From Nitrospirota bacterium (GTDB taxonomy: Bacteria; Nitrospirota; UBA9217): a stretch of 64,000 bases of DNA. Numbering within the stretch: position 1 is the first letter of the stretch; every line of letters begins with the position of its first letter. Made by a program: the position numbers and the translations under genes. The DNA is taken from positions 1 through 64,000 of the forward strand of contig CAWJQQ010000008.1 in the NCBI GenBank assembly GCA_963845065.1, written 5' to 3'. Positions 1 through 10,347 of this stretch are shown piece after piece. Below the pieces are notes generated by a model. It was not told where the DNA came from. It ran no database searches and saw only the letters and a list, made by a program, of their open reading frames with translations.

Positions 1-1
1 C

Positions 2-335
2 ATGTTTTACGAATATCCCCAGATGACGCTGCGAAACGTTCGTACGCTTGTAGCGCTCAAGCGGAGACTGGAAAGCGTTTGAGAATGATTATTACAAGCA
101 GCTCGAGCAGCGTCAAAAGGTAAAAAACGCATCACATTGGTCATGGGGATAGACATAGGTGCTGAATTAAATGCTGTCAGGTAAATTAACAAGGAAGGTG
201 AACTCCTAGGCCGATATCCAAAAGTGTATAACTCCCGAGAAGGATTTGATAAGTTTGTAAGAATAACGGAGGAAATGAAAACGCAGTATGGGCTCAAGGA
301 TGTTCTTATCGGACTAGAACCAACAGGCTGGTATG
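2..335 (+). pseudogene. IS110-family transposase remnant(s)
   Basis: Frame from 134 reads TLVMGIDIGAELNAVR*INKEGELLGRYPKVYNSREGFDKF...DVLIGLEPTG, the GIDxx...LEPTG pattern of IS110 DEDD transposase N-termini; internal TAA at 182-184, truncated after LEPTG. Confidence 0.7.
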
Positions 336-611
336 AAGTTCGAACCCTTCCTTTTTTTAGAGAACAATGGAAATAACTGTATCGCGAAGATCACGAAGTG
401 TACAAGGTTAATGAAAAAAACAAGCGGAGGACTGCTTTGCGTACTTCGAGGATCAAGATCTTGTAAATATTCTCACTTTCTCTCTTCCCTCGCATGTCAT
501 TTCTTGTTCTGAAAAGCAATTAATTTTTATAATCTGCAATTTGTTGTTGTTTGTGAATAAAGATCAAGCTTCAGAAGATTATTTGCTAAAATTAAAGCAG
601 GGGAGAAAATT

Positions 612-1259
612 ATGTTTAAAGACAGAAAAGATGCCGGAAAGCAGCTTGCGGATAGACTGAATAAATATATCGGGCAGGAGGACGTGCTCATACTAGCCCT
701 TCCTCGGGGCGGGGTCGTCATCGGTTTCGAGATTGCGAATCGCCTCAGAGCCCCTCTGGACGTGCTTATCGTTCGGAAAATAGGACACCCCTCCCAGCCC
801 GAGCTTGTTGTAGGTGCAATTTCCGAAACCGGTTGCATTGTCTATAACGAAGACGTTGTTACATCGCTTGGCGTCAAGAAAGATTATCTGCGCGGCGAGG
901 CCGCACGACAACGTGAGGAGATTGCCCGCCAGCAGCAACTGTACCGAAGCGGTAATAAGCTCGTGAACCTTCGGGGCAAAGCCGTCATTCTCGTCGACGA
1001 TGGTGTTGCGACCGGTGCTAGGATGAAGGCTGCAGTGAAAACGCTGAAGCGCGCAGAGGTCGGGAAGCTCATCGTCGCCGTGCCGCTTGCCCCTCCCGAG
1101 ACTGTAGCGGAACTGCAAAGGATGGTCGACGTCTTTGTTTGTCTGGATATGCCCGAGGATTTCATGGCTGTCGGTTGCTACTATTCTGAATTTCCACAGG
1201 TTACGGATGCAGTAGTGATGACACTACTTGACGACTTTAGAGAGCGCTTAGCAGCGTGA
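612..1259 (+). CDS. Phosphoribosyltransferase-family protein
   Basis: MFKDRKDAG start, LALPRGGV, VILVDDGVATG PRPP-binding motif. Confidence 0.9.
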   Translation: MFKDRKDAGKQLADRLNKYIGQEDVLILALPRGGVVIGFEIANRLRAPLDVLIVRKIGHPSQPELVVGAISETGCIVYNEDVVTSLGVKKDYLRGEAARQREEIARQQQLYRSGNKLVNLRGKAVILVDDGVATGARMKAAVKTLKRAEVGKLIVAVPLAPPETVAELQRMVDVFVCLDMPEDFMAVGCYYSEFPQVTDAVVMTLLDDFRERLAA

Positions 1260-1319
1260 AGTGTCGGCTGAGGTATTTTGGGTTAACTCCCATTTTCTGT
1301 GATCTGTGCGGAGGTACCT

Positions 1320-1520
1320 GTGGAATGGAATGTTATCGCCACGGACTTTATGAAAAGGAGCGCTCTCTTCTGCGGTTTTTGAGGGGATTCGGGGATTTTA
1401 AAGGATCAGGTTTCAGGCACATGATATTCGACGTTGTGGAAAATCGGGACGCTTGCCTGGAGACTATCGATAACCTCTGGAGGGAACATTCAGAGAGTTA
1501 GCTGGTTAGCAATGTTCATC
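1320..1520 (+). pseudogene. Frameshifted hypothetical gene remnant, possibly THUMP-like
   Basis: GGAGGT RBS before GTG 1320 reading MEWNVIAT, then shift into LYEKERSLLRFLRGFGDFKGSGFR; stop at 1499-1501; family assignment from memory only. Confidence 0.3.
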
Positions 1521-1858
1521 ATACACCATTGCAGCCCGTATTTGCCGAAACTGTTGCTGCCATAAATAAGAAAGACGCTTAGTGGAGAAGGATTATTGAA
1601 CTGGGAGCCCGACATTATGATTTATTGTTATCATCTGACTATGAAGGGGCTATTGTAGAACTATCCGTAGAAAGCTCCTAGTTGTTTAACTGTGGGGATG
1701 GGGCATCTAGACAGATAAGTTATTATCATCGGGGGGGGTAGCTCTGTGCGTATCTTGGACAAGAACGGCATTGCCGAGTATCTTGGCAACGGCTGTTTTG
1801 GTGAAAGATTGTCCCCCTAATCCATTCCGCCGGAGCATGATCCTTATTTGCACTGCCT

Positions 1859-3430
1859 TTAATCCAAATACTGATACGCGAGCAGTGTCAGAAATTCGAT
1901 GAATTCATCGCCCTTAATAAGGGTGTCAAGGATCTTGGCGGCTTCCTTGAGACGGCTTGAGCCGTCGCCGCCCAACTTGGCGTATTCTTCGGCCCGTATC
2001 GTTTCATAAAGCGCCTTGGTGATTGGCCGTCCGTCGTTGAGTTTTGCTCCGGATTGGATCCACTGCCAGATTTGCGACCGCGAGATCTCCGCTGTCGCCG
2101 TATCTTCCATGAGGTCGTAAATCGCGGCCGCACCGTTCCCAGTGAGCCAAGAGTTAAGGTATTGAAGTGCGATGTCGATATTGGTGCGGAAACCGGCTTC
2201 GGTGATCGAACCGTCCGGCACGGTCGTGTTGAGCAGCTGTGCTGCAGTGGACTGTCCATCCTCACGCAGATTGTCCTTCTGGTGAGATTTTGTCCCAAGC
2301 ATTTTTTGAAAGACTTCCATGGCGACGGAAACGAGATCGGGATGAGCGACCCACGTGCCGTCGAATCCTTGCTGGGTTTCGCGAAGCTTATCGTCCTGGA
2401 CCTTTTTAAGCACCGCCTCATTGATATCGAGGTTCTTGCGGTTCGGAATGAACGCAGCCATCCCGCCCATTGCATATGCCCCTCGATGGTGGCACGTCTT
2501 GACGAGGAGATCAGTGTACGCCCTCATGTAGGGTACTCGCATCGTAATCTGGGCGCGGTCAGGAAACGTCTTGTCCTTGTGCCTCCGCAATTTTTTGATC
2601 ATGCTGAAGAGGTAGTCCCAGCGGCCCGCGTTCAGTCCGCTCGCATGGTCTCTCAACTCGTATAGGATCTCATCCATCTCGAACACCGCGGGAAGCGTCT
2701 CGATCAGGACCGTTGCTCGGATGGTTCCGCGGGCAATGCCGAGCTCGTCCTGACTGAAGTTGAACACATCGTTCCAGAGCCGTATCTCCCGGTGGCTCTC
2801 GGTCTTCGCGAGGTAGAAATAGGGGCCAGTCTTTCTCGACAGCAGCTCCTTGGCGTTGTGGAAGAAGTATAGCCCAAAGTCGAAGAGGCTTGCCGAGACA
2901 GGAACGTTGTCCACGAGTGCATGCTTCTCGACGAGATGCCAGCCGCGTGGACGGACAAGGAGCGTCGCGAGGTTTTCGCGCAAGCGGTAAGACTTCCCCT
3001 CAGGGCTCGTGAACGCAAGAGTCCGCCTTACCGCATCGATGAGGTAGAGTTGGCCCTGAATGATATTCGACCACGTCGGGGAAAGGGCATCCTCAAAATC
3101 TGCCATGAAGACGTTTGCCCCTGAATTAAGGGCGTTGATAATCATTTTCTTCTCGGCAGGACCAGTGATCTCCACCCAGCGTTTCTGGAGATCGGTGGGC
3201 GTTGATGCAACCTTCCAGTTTTCGCGCCTTACTGACTCGGTTTCGGGCAGAAAGTCCGGGAGCATTCCGGCGTCGAAGTTCTCCTGGCGTTTGGCGCGAT
3301 TCGCGAGCAAATCCATGCGTATCTTGTCGAATTTGCAGTGGAGCCGCTCGACAAAGGCGAGAGTCTCCTTGGTCAGGATCTTTTCGGTTCCTTCAACTTT
3401 GGGTCCGATGATCTGAATTCCCTTATTCAT
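1859..3430 (-). CDS. aceB: Malate synthase A
   Basis: [51 protein letters not shown] motifs; ATG 3430 preceded by AGGAGG. Confidence 0.95.
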   Translation of the reverse strand: MNKGIQIIGPKVEGTEKILTKETLAFVERLHCKFDKIRMDLLANRAKRQENFDAGMLPDFLPETESVRRENWKVASTPTDLQKRWVEITGPAEKKMIINALNSGANVFMADFEDALSPTWSNIIQGQLYLIDAVRRTLAFTSPEGKSYRLRENLATLLVRPRGWHLVEKHALVDNVPVSASLFDFGLYFFHNAKELLSRKTGPYFYLAKTESHREIRLWNDVFNFSQDELGIARGTIRATVLIETLPAVFEMDEILYELRDHASGLNAGRWDYLFSMIKKLRRHKDKTFPDRAQITMRVPYMRAYTDLLVKTCHHRGAYAMGGMAAFIPNRKNLDINEAVLKKVQDDKLRETQQGFDGTWVAHPDLVSVAMEVFQKMLGTKSHQKDNLREDGQSTAAQLLNTTVPDGSITEAGFRTNIDIALQYLNSWLTGNGAAAIYDLMEDTATAEISRSQIWQWIQSGAKLNDGRPITKALYETIRAEEYAKLGGDGSSRLKEAAKILDTLIKGDEFIEFLTLLAYQYLD

Positions 3431-3452
3431 TAGTTGTGACCTCCTTTCGGCC

Positions 3453-3750
3453 TCACTTCCCGTCTGGTGGTATCGGAATCGAGCCCGTGAAGACGTAAGA
3501 CTGCAGCAACGCGATAAATCCAATCAGCGCAGCTCCAGCGATCAAATGCCACTACACGCTACGGAAGATGGGCCTCAAGGCATGGGACCACTCGTGCGGG
3601 TCGTAGTGGCAGGCAGCGCAAGTCACCATGCTGGACTGGGCATCAATCATTTTGCCCATAACGCACCCTGTCAATTTGGTTGCCACAATCAAGAAATCGT
3701 TATTCCCAGCAGCGGTACTATAATCCGCTTCAGGCTTCCGAATCGCTTGC
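3453..3750 (-). pseudogene. L-lactate/glycolate permease (LctP/GlcA family) C-terminal remnant
   Basis: Minus strand reads FGSLKRIIVPLLGI / TGCVMGKMIDAQSSMVTCAA...[26 protein letters not shown]; GxVMGKMIDAQS and LLQxYVF typify the LctP C-terminus; frameshift and stop present. Confidence 0.7.
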
Positions 3751-3885
3751 TGATCAACTTATCTCCATTATCATATGTTTTCGGCATTCCTAGTCAGGTG
3801 ATTTAGATACGACGGTAAGCTTCATCATTATGTCCTGGGGCAACATGCGTTGTGATGGAGAAATTGTTGTTAGTATAGGTCATGG

Positions 3886-4533
3886 CTATGACGGTGATGA
3901 CGAGGTTAGGTCATGGAGAACGTCGTCATCGGTGAGTGAATCGAAGTCCCCGTAATATGCCGAGAGTGAAAAGAACGGTTCTGAATTTATCACGAGGGTG
4001 ACGAGTGAGGCAATTTCCCTGTCCGCGGCAAGCATGCGAAAAGCAACATCGGAGGCTATGGGAGCTGCGAGGATGATTGTTAGGGGTTTTCGTTTTTTCA
4101 CAACTTTTACAGCAGCCACCATGCTGTAGCCCGAAGCTAGCCCGTCATCGATAAGGATCACAGTTCTGTTTTCCAACCGTGGAAAGGGTTTTCCCTGGCG
4201 ATAAAGTTGTTCCCGCCTCTGAGCTTCCTGTAGTACCATAAAAGTGGCTACCTCAAGCTCCCGCTCTGACAACTCCAGCCTCTCTACAAGCGGCGTGTTC
4301 AATGCAATGGTCCCATCCATCGCAACAACACCATAGTTGGTCTCAGGACTCCAGGGAATAGGGATTTTCATGAGCGGGATAACGTCGAGCGTGCAGTTGA
4401 GCGTGAGCGCGACGGCCTTACCGACAGGAACACCTCCGCGGGGAAGAGCAAGGACGATGGGGTCGCTTAGGATTCGATCTTTTATAGCTCGTGAGAGCTT
4501 CTCACCAGCGTCTTTACGGTCCTTGAATATCAT
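3886..4533 (-). CDS. Phosphoribosyltransferase-family protein (paralog of 612..1259)
   Basis: MIFKDRKDAG, LALPRGGV, VILIDDGLASG. Confidence 0.88.
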   Translation of the reverse strand: MIFKDRKDAGEKLSRAIKDRILSDPIVLALPRGGVPVGKAVALTLNCTLDVIPLMKIPIPWSPETNYGVVAMDGTIALNTPLVERLELSERELEVATFMVLQEAQRREQLYRQGKPFPRLENRTVILIDDGLASGYSMVAAVKVVKKRKPLTIILAAPIASDVAFRMLAADREIASLVTLVINSEPFFSLSAYYGDFDSLTDDDVLHDLTSSSPS

Positions 4534-4736
4534 GGCGTGGTTCTCATAGTAAACATCAAATACGCTCGGCGATAAAATACCCATCCCAGCCGATGTATTT
4601 TCTATAAAAATATTATAACATGACTGCACAGTGTATTACACAATAATAAGAAGGTAATTTTTAGTAGCTCCGGCATCATGCTATAATGTTATAATGATTA
4701 AATGATCTTCAGCATCATAACGAGGTAAAGCAGATA

Positions 4737-5369
4737 ATGGATATAAAAGGGCAAAGAGATTTCAACCAGGAAGCCGAGCACTGGGACGCCAATCCAGGTC
4801 GCGTTAAACTCGCGAATGATGTGGCGGACGCAATTCTGAGAACAACGGTTGTTTCGCACGAGATGAACGCACTTGATTTCGGCTGTGGGACTGGGCTGGT
4901 GACGCTCCGCCTGCAGCCATTTGTAAAGACCGTTACGGGTGAGGACAGTTCCGAAGGCATGCTTGATGTTCTGCGGGGCAAGGTTAGGGCCATGGGCTTG
5001 ATTAATGTGCAGACGCGGGTCGTTGATTTCGAAATAGGAGATCTCCGAGAAGGAGCTTATGACCTCATCGTGAGCAGCATGACACTTCATCATGTATCTG
5101 ATACGGCAACCCTGTTCAGCCAATGGTATGGACTCCTAGCCCCGCGAGGTACGCTGTGTTTTGCCGATCTCGATAGTGAGGATGGTTCGTTTCATGGCGA
5201 CAATACCGGCGTCTTTCATCTCGGTTTTGACCGGGCGAAGCTTAAGACGCTGTTACAGCAAGCCGGTTTCCATGATTTTTTGGATATGACGGCAGCGACC
5301 ATGAGTAAGGACATCCCGGGAAAAGGAAAGAAAGAATTCTCGATTTTTTTAATTATAGCGAGGAAATAG
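4737..5369 (+). CDS. Class I SAM-dependent methyltransferase
   Basis: ALDFGCGTG motif I, YDLIVSSMTLHHV, FHLGF. Confidence 0.9.
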   Translation: MDIKGQRDFNQEAEHWDANPGRVKLANDVADAILRTTVVSHEMNALDFGCGTGLVTLRLQPFVKTVTGEDSSEGMLDVLRGKVRAMGLINVQTRVVDFEIGDLREGAYDLIVSSMTLHHVSDTATLFSQWYGLLAPRGTLCFADLDSEDGSFHGDNTGVFHLGFDRAKLKTLLQQAGFHDFLDMTAATMSKDIPGKGKKEFSIFLIIARK

Positions 5370-5517
5370 TCCTCTACTTGGCATATTGAGCAGATTGCTG
5401 AAATGTTGTTCATGTGAATTGACTGAACTTCGGCGTGTGTTCAGTAGTGCGCTGACTAAGAGCAGATAAAGGACAACAACACCGACGTTTGTTCGTTTTC
5501 CGTTAGCCCTTCGTTTA

Positions 5518-5609
5518 CCGTTCATCCCGAGCTTCTCAGAGGAAAAAGGCGGGCTCAGGTCAGACTTATCGAAGAACGGTATTGAATAGGACAAGCTCAG
5601 CTCGAACGG
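5518..5609. repeat. Degenerate REP-like inverted repeat pair
   Basis: CCGTTCATCCCGAGCTTCTC (5518-5537) and GACAAGCTCAGCTCGAACGG (5590-5609) are inverted copies (15/20), resembling the CCGTTCnnCCTGAGCTTGTCGAAGG intergenic palindrome type. Confidence 0.5.
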
Positions 5610-5610
5610 C

Positions 5611-6768
5611 ATGGTAGGACATAAAATACAGATGCTACAGAATTCTATGATATCTGTGAATGATCTTTTTTTTACAATCCTCACATCACAATTTGCCATC
5701 CCAGGAATATTCCAGAAGGCCGAACGCTTCGGGACGGGCTTAATCAATGACACCTACCTCTGCGAATTCAATGACAGCGGAACTGCTCGTAAATACATCC
5801 TTCAGCGTGTTAACGCAGCTGTATTTACACGCCCCGATCAGGTCATTAAAAATGTGGATATCGTAACTGCACATATTGGTAAAAAGCTACGTGCCGAGGG
5901 CATCGCAGACCCTTCCCTGGTTACGCCCTCGCTCGTTCATACAAAAAATAATATGCCGTACACTCGCGACGACACCGGCGCGTACTGGCGGATGTTCTAT
6001 TTTATCGAATCCGGCATGGTTCTTGATACAGTCGTAGACGTGAAGCACGCATATGAAGTAGGCTGCGGGCTAGGAAGGTTCCAGGCCCTCGTCGCGGACC
6101 TCTCGTCTGACATGCTCCATGACACACTTCCAGGTTTCCACTTTACGCCGAGATATCTGAACGAATTCAGCGATGCGCTCAAGACCGGTGTAAAAAAAAG
6201 GGTAGCCAGGACCGTCGCAGAGCAGGCGTTTGTTGAACGACGAAGGCTGCTTGCACCTGCACTCACCGAGCTTATCGCATCAAACGAAATACCCCTTCGG
6301 GTGGTGCATAATGATCCCAAAGTAAACAACGTTATGATCCAAGTTGGAACGGGCAAGGCCTTGTGTATGCTCGATCTGGACACGGTAAAGCCGGGGATCG
6401 TGCATTTCGATTTCGGAGACTGCGTCCGGTCTGCCGCTAACCCTGAGGGAGAGGACGCTACCGACCTCGATGCCGTCAAGATCGATCTAACGCTTTTTAA
6501 GGCTGTCGCAAGCGGATACCTTCATGAAGCTGGAATTTTCCTTACGAAAAAGGAAATCGTTACGTTGCCGCTGTCAGTGAAGGTTATTACCTTCGAACTG
6601 GGCCTTCGTTTTCTCATCGACTATCTCAAAGGCGATACATACTTCAAGATCAACTACCCTGGCCACAATCTGCATCGGGCAAGAGTGCAATTCAAGCTGC
6701 TCGAAAGCATCGAGGCTGCACAGGAATGCATGGCCTCTATTGTCGCGCAGTATGCACATCCCGGATGA
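5611..6768 (+). CDS. Aminoglycoside phosphotransferase-family kinase (N-acetylhexosamine kinase-like)
   Basis: GTGLINDTY, YILQRVN, HNDPKVNN, LDLDTVKPG, DFGDCVRS, RFLIDYLKGDTYF; start uncertain. Confidence 0.85.
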   Translation: MVGHKIQMLQNSMISVNDLFFTILTSQFAIPGIFQKAERFGTGLINDTYLCEFNDSGTARKYILQRVNAAVFTRPDQVIKNVDIVTAHIGKKLRAEGIADPSLVTPSLVHTKNNMPYTRDDTGAYWRMFYFIESGMVLDTVVDVKHAYEVGCGLGRFQALVADLSSDMLHDTLPGFHFTPRYLNEFSDALKTGVKKRVARTVAEQAFVERRRLLAPALTELIASNEIPLRVVHNDPKVNNVMIQVGTGKALCMLDLDTVKPGIVHFDFGDCVRSAANPEGEDATDLDAVKIDLTLFKAVASGYLHEAGIFLTKKEIVTLPLSVKVITFELGLRFLIDYLKGDTYFKINYPGHNLHRARVQFKLLESIEAAQECMASIVAQYAHPG

Positions 6769-7000
6769 TTTTTATTGCATGCAAAAAAAGCTATACTTTT
6801 CAGAGTTACTTCATGGCCATGATCTTAAAGAATGGAAGCCATGTCTTTTTTGCAGGTGTCCGCTTTACTTAATCGACGGTGACGGTGATGCCAACTTTAA
6901 CAACAGTATCAAGGACTGTTCCAACTGCATTATCCCCCATATTGAGGAAGGATACTGTTATATCCTCGAAGCAGTGACCAGCAAGGCATATCGAAGATAA
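6752..7000 (+). CDS. Cysteine-rich small domain protein
   Basis: CLFCRCPLY...IKDCSNCIIPH pattern. Confidence 0.7.
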   Translation: MHIPDDFYCMQKKLYFSELLHGHDLKEWKPCLFCRCPLYLIDGDGDANFNNSIKDCSNCIIPHIEEGYCYILEAVTSKAYRR

Positions 7001-7004
7001 TGCT

Positions 7005-8246
7005 ATGAATCCGTCTCCCTCGGCTATATCGACACCATCAATGCTGCGTCAAAAACCCTTTGCGCTCTTCTGGTGCGCCCGGGTTTCGACCATGCTCGCC
7101 TTTCAGATGCAAGGGGTCGCCGTAGGTTGGCAGATCTATTCCCTCACCAACAGCGCACTGTATCTCGGCTTCGTCGGTTTGGCTCAGTTTCTACCTATGT
7201 TCCTCTTAACGCTCGCCGTGGGACACGTAGCGGACCGATACGATCGGCGTAAAATAGCTCGTCTTTGCCAGATTGTGGAGGGGATGGCTGCGGTTATGCT
7301 GGCATGGGGGAGCCACAGCGGCTGGCAGAGCAAGGAAAGTATTCTTATCATTATGTTCATTGTCGGAGCTGTGCACGCTTTCGAGGGGCCTACGATGCAG
7401 GCGCTGCTACCAGGGTTGGTGCCGGTCCCGCTCATACCACGCGCCGCTGCTTGGTCCGCGTCGGCCATGCAGACCGCCAGCATTCTCGGACCAGCTCTTG
7501 GTGGACTTTTATATGCTGCTGGCGCTACCACAGTCTACGCAGCAGCCGGTGTTTTGTTCCTCACAGCGAGCCTTTTCCTCGCCATGGTCCGTGTCGAAAG
7601 GCTGGATGTGAAGCGTGAACCCATCAGCCTCTCCTCGGTGTTCGTCGGTATCGCCTTCATAAGGAGTCGCCCGGACATTCTGGGTGCCATCTCCCTCGAT
7701 CTCTTTGCCGTATTGCTCGGCGGGGCGACAGCCCTGTTGCCAATCTTTGCCCGGGACATTCTGATGACCGGGCCATGGGGTTTGGGCCTGCTGCGTTCAG
7801 CGCCGGCAGTCGGAGCGCTCGCGATGTCCCTCGGTCTCGCCAGCCATCCGCTGCGGCACCGGGTCGGAAGAACTATGTTCGGCGCGGTGACCATTTTTGG
7901 CATCGCTACCATCGTCTTCGGTCTCTCGACGTCGTTCCTCCTGTCGCTTGTTTCGCTCGCTGTACTTGGTGCTGCGGACGTGATCAGCGTTGTTATCCGG
8001 CATTCGCTCGTTCAGATAGAGACACCTGACGAGATGCGGGGCAGGGTAAGCGCAGTGAACTCCTTGTTCATCGGGACATCGAACCAGCTTGGGGAGTTCG
8101 AGTCAGGCGTGACGGCAGCCTGGTTTGGTGTCGTGCCTGCCGTACTGATCGGCGGCATCGGCACGATTATCGTCGCAATAATTGCGGTGCGTCTTTTTCC
8201 CCAACTCGTGAAAACAGATTCTTTGGTAAGGCGTAGCGTCCGATGA
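7005..8246 (+). CDS. MFS transporter
   Basis: Multi-TM hydrophobic pattern, GHVADRYDRR motif A, TPDEMRGRV, SNQLGEFESG. Confidence 0.92.
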   Translation: MNPSPSAISTPSMLRQKPFALFWCARVSTMLAFQMQGVAVGWQIYSLTNSALYLGFVGLAQFLPMFLLTLAVGHVADRYDRRKIARLCQIVEGMAAVMLAWGSHSGWQSKESILIIMFIVGAVHAFEGPTMQALLPGLVPVPLIPRAAAWSASAMQTASILGPALGGLLYAAGATTVYAAAGVLFLTASLFLAMVRVERLDVKREPISLSSVFVGIAFIRSRPDILGAISLDLFAVLLGGATALLPIFARDILMTGPWGLGLLRSAPAVGALAMSLGLASHPLRHRVGRTMFGAVTIFGIATIVFGLSTSFLLSLVSLAVLGAADVISVVIRHSLVQIETPDEMRGRVSAVNSLFIGTSNQLGEFESGVTAAWFGVVPAVLIGGIGTIIVAIIAVRLFPQLVKTDSLVRRSVR

Positions 8247-8883
8247 CTCTAAAAAAGGATTAACCTCGGTTTATTGAGGTCCTAAAAACGAAAAAGTCTT
8301 TCGAACTCAAGGGGGGAAAGAAGGGGAAATTTTCAAAGATCCTAAAGTCGCGGCGACTATTTCTTGCGACTGAATCGTGAGTTTCCCTTGCTTATATGAC
8401 AAGTTATTGCCCTCTACAACATGCACATTTATAAAAAAAATCAACTACATCGGACTACATACGCTAGAAATGGATCCCAACAAGTTCTTAATGACCTTAG
8501 CCCACAAATACAGCACTTAACGTTTCTGATGTAAGCAGGTCCGAAAAAGAACACAAGAATACTCTACTATATTATTTGATAATTTGTGATTGAGATCTGC
8601 ATTTTGACCATGTAGGTTAGATGCTCAACTTCTTTTGAAAATGAAGTTATCACTATTAAACGATAATAGAATAAGACAGTTACTTCAGATTACATTTTTC
8701 AAGATAGGTATTGAAGGGCATAATAATATTAATTGATCATGCACAGAACAACTGATAATTTTGTTAAAGAAGGTGGCTGGCATGTTCTGAAAATGCTAGA
8801 ATGGAAAAATAGGAGAATAGGCAACTTTTTCGTCATGATTTAGCAAAATTAATTCGTAATTCACTAAACAGCAGGGTACATTC

Positions 8884-10347
8884 TTATCTGCTAGTATTTA
8901 CCCCGCCAAAGGACCTGCACCACACATAATCTATCGTATCGACTTTGCCGCCGTGCAAGAGGATATCCATTTGTCCCGCATCGCTTACCCTACTGCACTT
9001 CATTTCCCGACCTATGTCAGGTCGTTCAAAATGGTTAGTGATGAAGAGAATATCGGCGCCAATGGGAGATCCCGAATACCATGTAGTAAAGCGTTCATCA
9101 TCGTTGCCGAGCAGGAACACGCCGCTTTTGTACGGGATATTATAGTACATCATGCGGCTGACATAGGTCCAGTTGGTGACAGCTAGTGCCTTCCTGGGAG
9201 ATGCGTCCCGGGCCAGGATTTCATTTGCACGCCTGACTGTGTCCGGTATCCCATAAACATCTCGGAAAGGGGATCTATAGTCGGGAAAACGAAATGCCTT
9301 GACTGCAAGTTCTGTCTGTAGCAGCAGGGAAACTATGATGCTGAATCCGATCGAAAAGACGAGGATGCCTCGCTTCATCCGTACGGGCCCCTGGTCCAAA
9401 AAGGCGATTCCCAGAGGGATAAAGAATACATAAAAAATAGCCGACCAGTGTGGTAATGCGAATTTAAATAACGAAGCATAGAGAAAGAATAGAAATATAG
9501 TAACGCCGATGAGTGCAGCCAGAATCAAGGCATCCTTCCGGCTTCTGAATGATTTGTAAAGCCCGTAAAAAGCAAGACAGAAGAACGGAGGGCTGTACGC
9601 ACCGAATTGAACTCCGAGGCCCAGGAAAAATTTGGGAAGGTTTGGTATATGCCCGCCAACAACATGACCGCTCTGGTAACGAAAGCTTATAAAGTCAGTG
9701 TGCACATTCCAATAAATTACTGGCGAAATGATGATCAGGGCGACAATGATCGATATGAGTATGCGGGGATTCAAAAGAATATCAAATCGTTTCTTGATCA
9801 ATCCGTAGCTCAGGATGGCTGGCACGAAGAGTATGGCCGTATACTCGGCAAGTCCGGCAAGGCCGAGTACGAGTCCCAGGAGAATGAAGTTCTTGATACT
9901 CGGCGAACGTTCGAGCCGCAAGACTGTGAAGATGAGCACGAACGCGACGGGTAAAAGCAGTGACTCCGGCAGGAGCATTAATCCGAGCCCACCGAGCAGA
10001 AAGGAGCTGTTTAAGGCAACTATTGAGAGCAGCGCAGATCTTTTCTTGCTGACCGACAAGACGAAACGGTAGCACAATAACGATGTGACGACGAAGAGAA
10101 GGATCGCAGGTAGTCGCGCAAGAAATTCATTCGTACCCAGCGTGTAATAGAACAAAGCATGGGTCCAACCGACTAGGGGCGGATGATCAAAGTAACTTAG
10201 GTCTAAAAACCTGGCATAGAGAACATAGTGCGCTTCATCAGTGCCGAGACCAAAAGTCGGCGCGACAGCCAGACGAAGGACGGTGAATGCTGCGATGATC
10301 CAGAGTGCCTCCCGATTTTCATCATAAAGGCGTGTAATCAAGTTCAT
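8884..10347 (-). CDS. GT39/ArnT-like membrane glycosyltransferase
   Basis: DEAHY, YFDHPPL, multiple TM helices, WN...F.YQ. Confidence 0.88.
   Translation of the reverse strand: MNLITRLYDENREALWIIAAFTVLRLAVAPTFGLGTDEAHYVLYARFLDLSYFDHPPLVGWTHALFYYTLGTNEFLARLPAILLFVVTSLLCYRFVLSVSKKRSALLSIVALNSSFLLGGLGLMLLPESLLLPVAFVLIFTVLRLERSPSIKNFILLGLVLGLAGLAEYTAILFVPAILSYGLIKKRFDILLNPRILISIIVALIIISPVIYWNVHTDFISFRYQSGHVVGGHIPNLPKFFLGLGVQFGAYSPPFFCLAFYGLYKSFRSRKDALILAALIGVTIFLFFLYASLFKFALPHWSAIFYVFFIPLGIAFLDQGPVRMKRGILVFSIGFSIIVSLLLQTELAVKAFRFPDYRSPFRDVYGIPDTVRRANEILARDASPRKALAVTNWTYVSRMMYYNIPYKSGVFLLGNDDERFTTWYSGSPIGADILFITNHFERPDIGREMKCSRVSDAGQMDILLHGGKVDTIDYVWCRSFGGVNTSR

Noticed and set aside
3546..3806. 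86 aa plus-strand ORF
   Set aside because: Antisense to the lactate-permease remnant
8247..8883. 637 bp AT-rich gap
   Set aside because: No convincing ORF, RNA motif or repeat recognised
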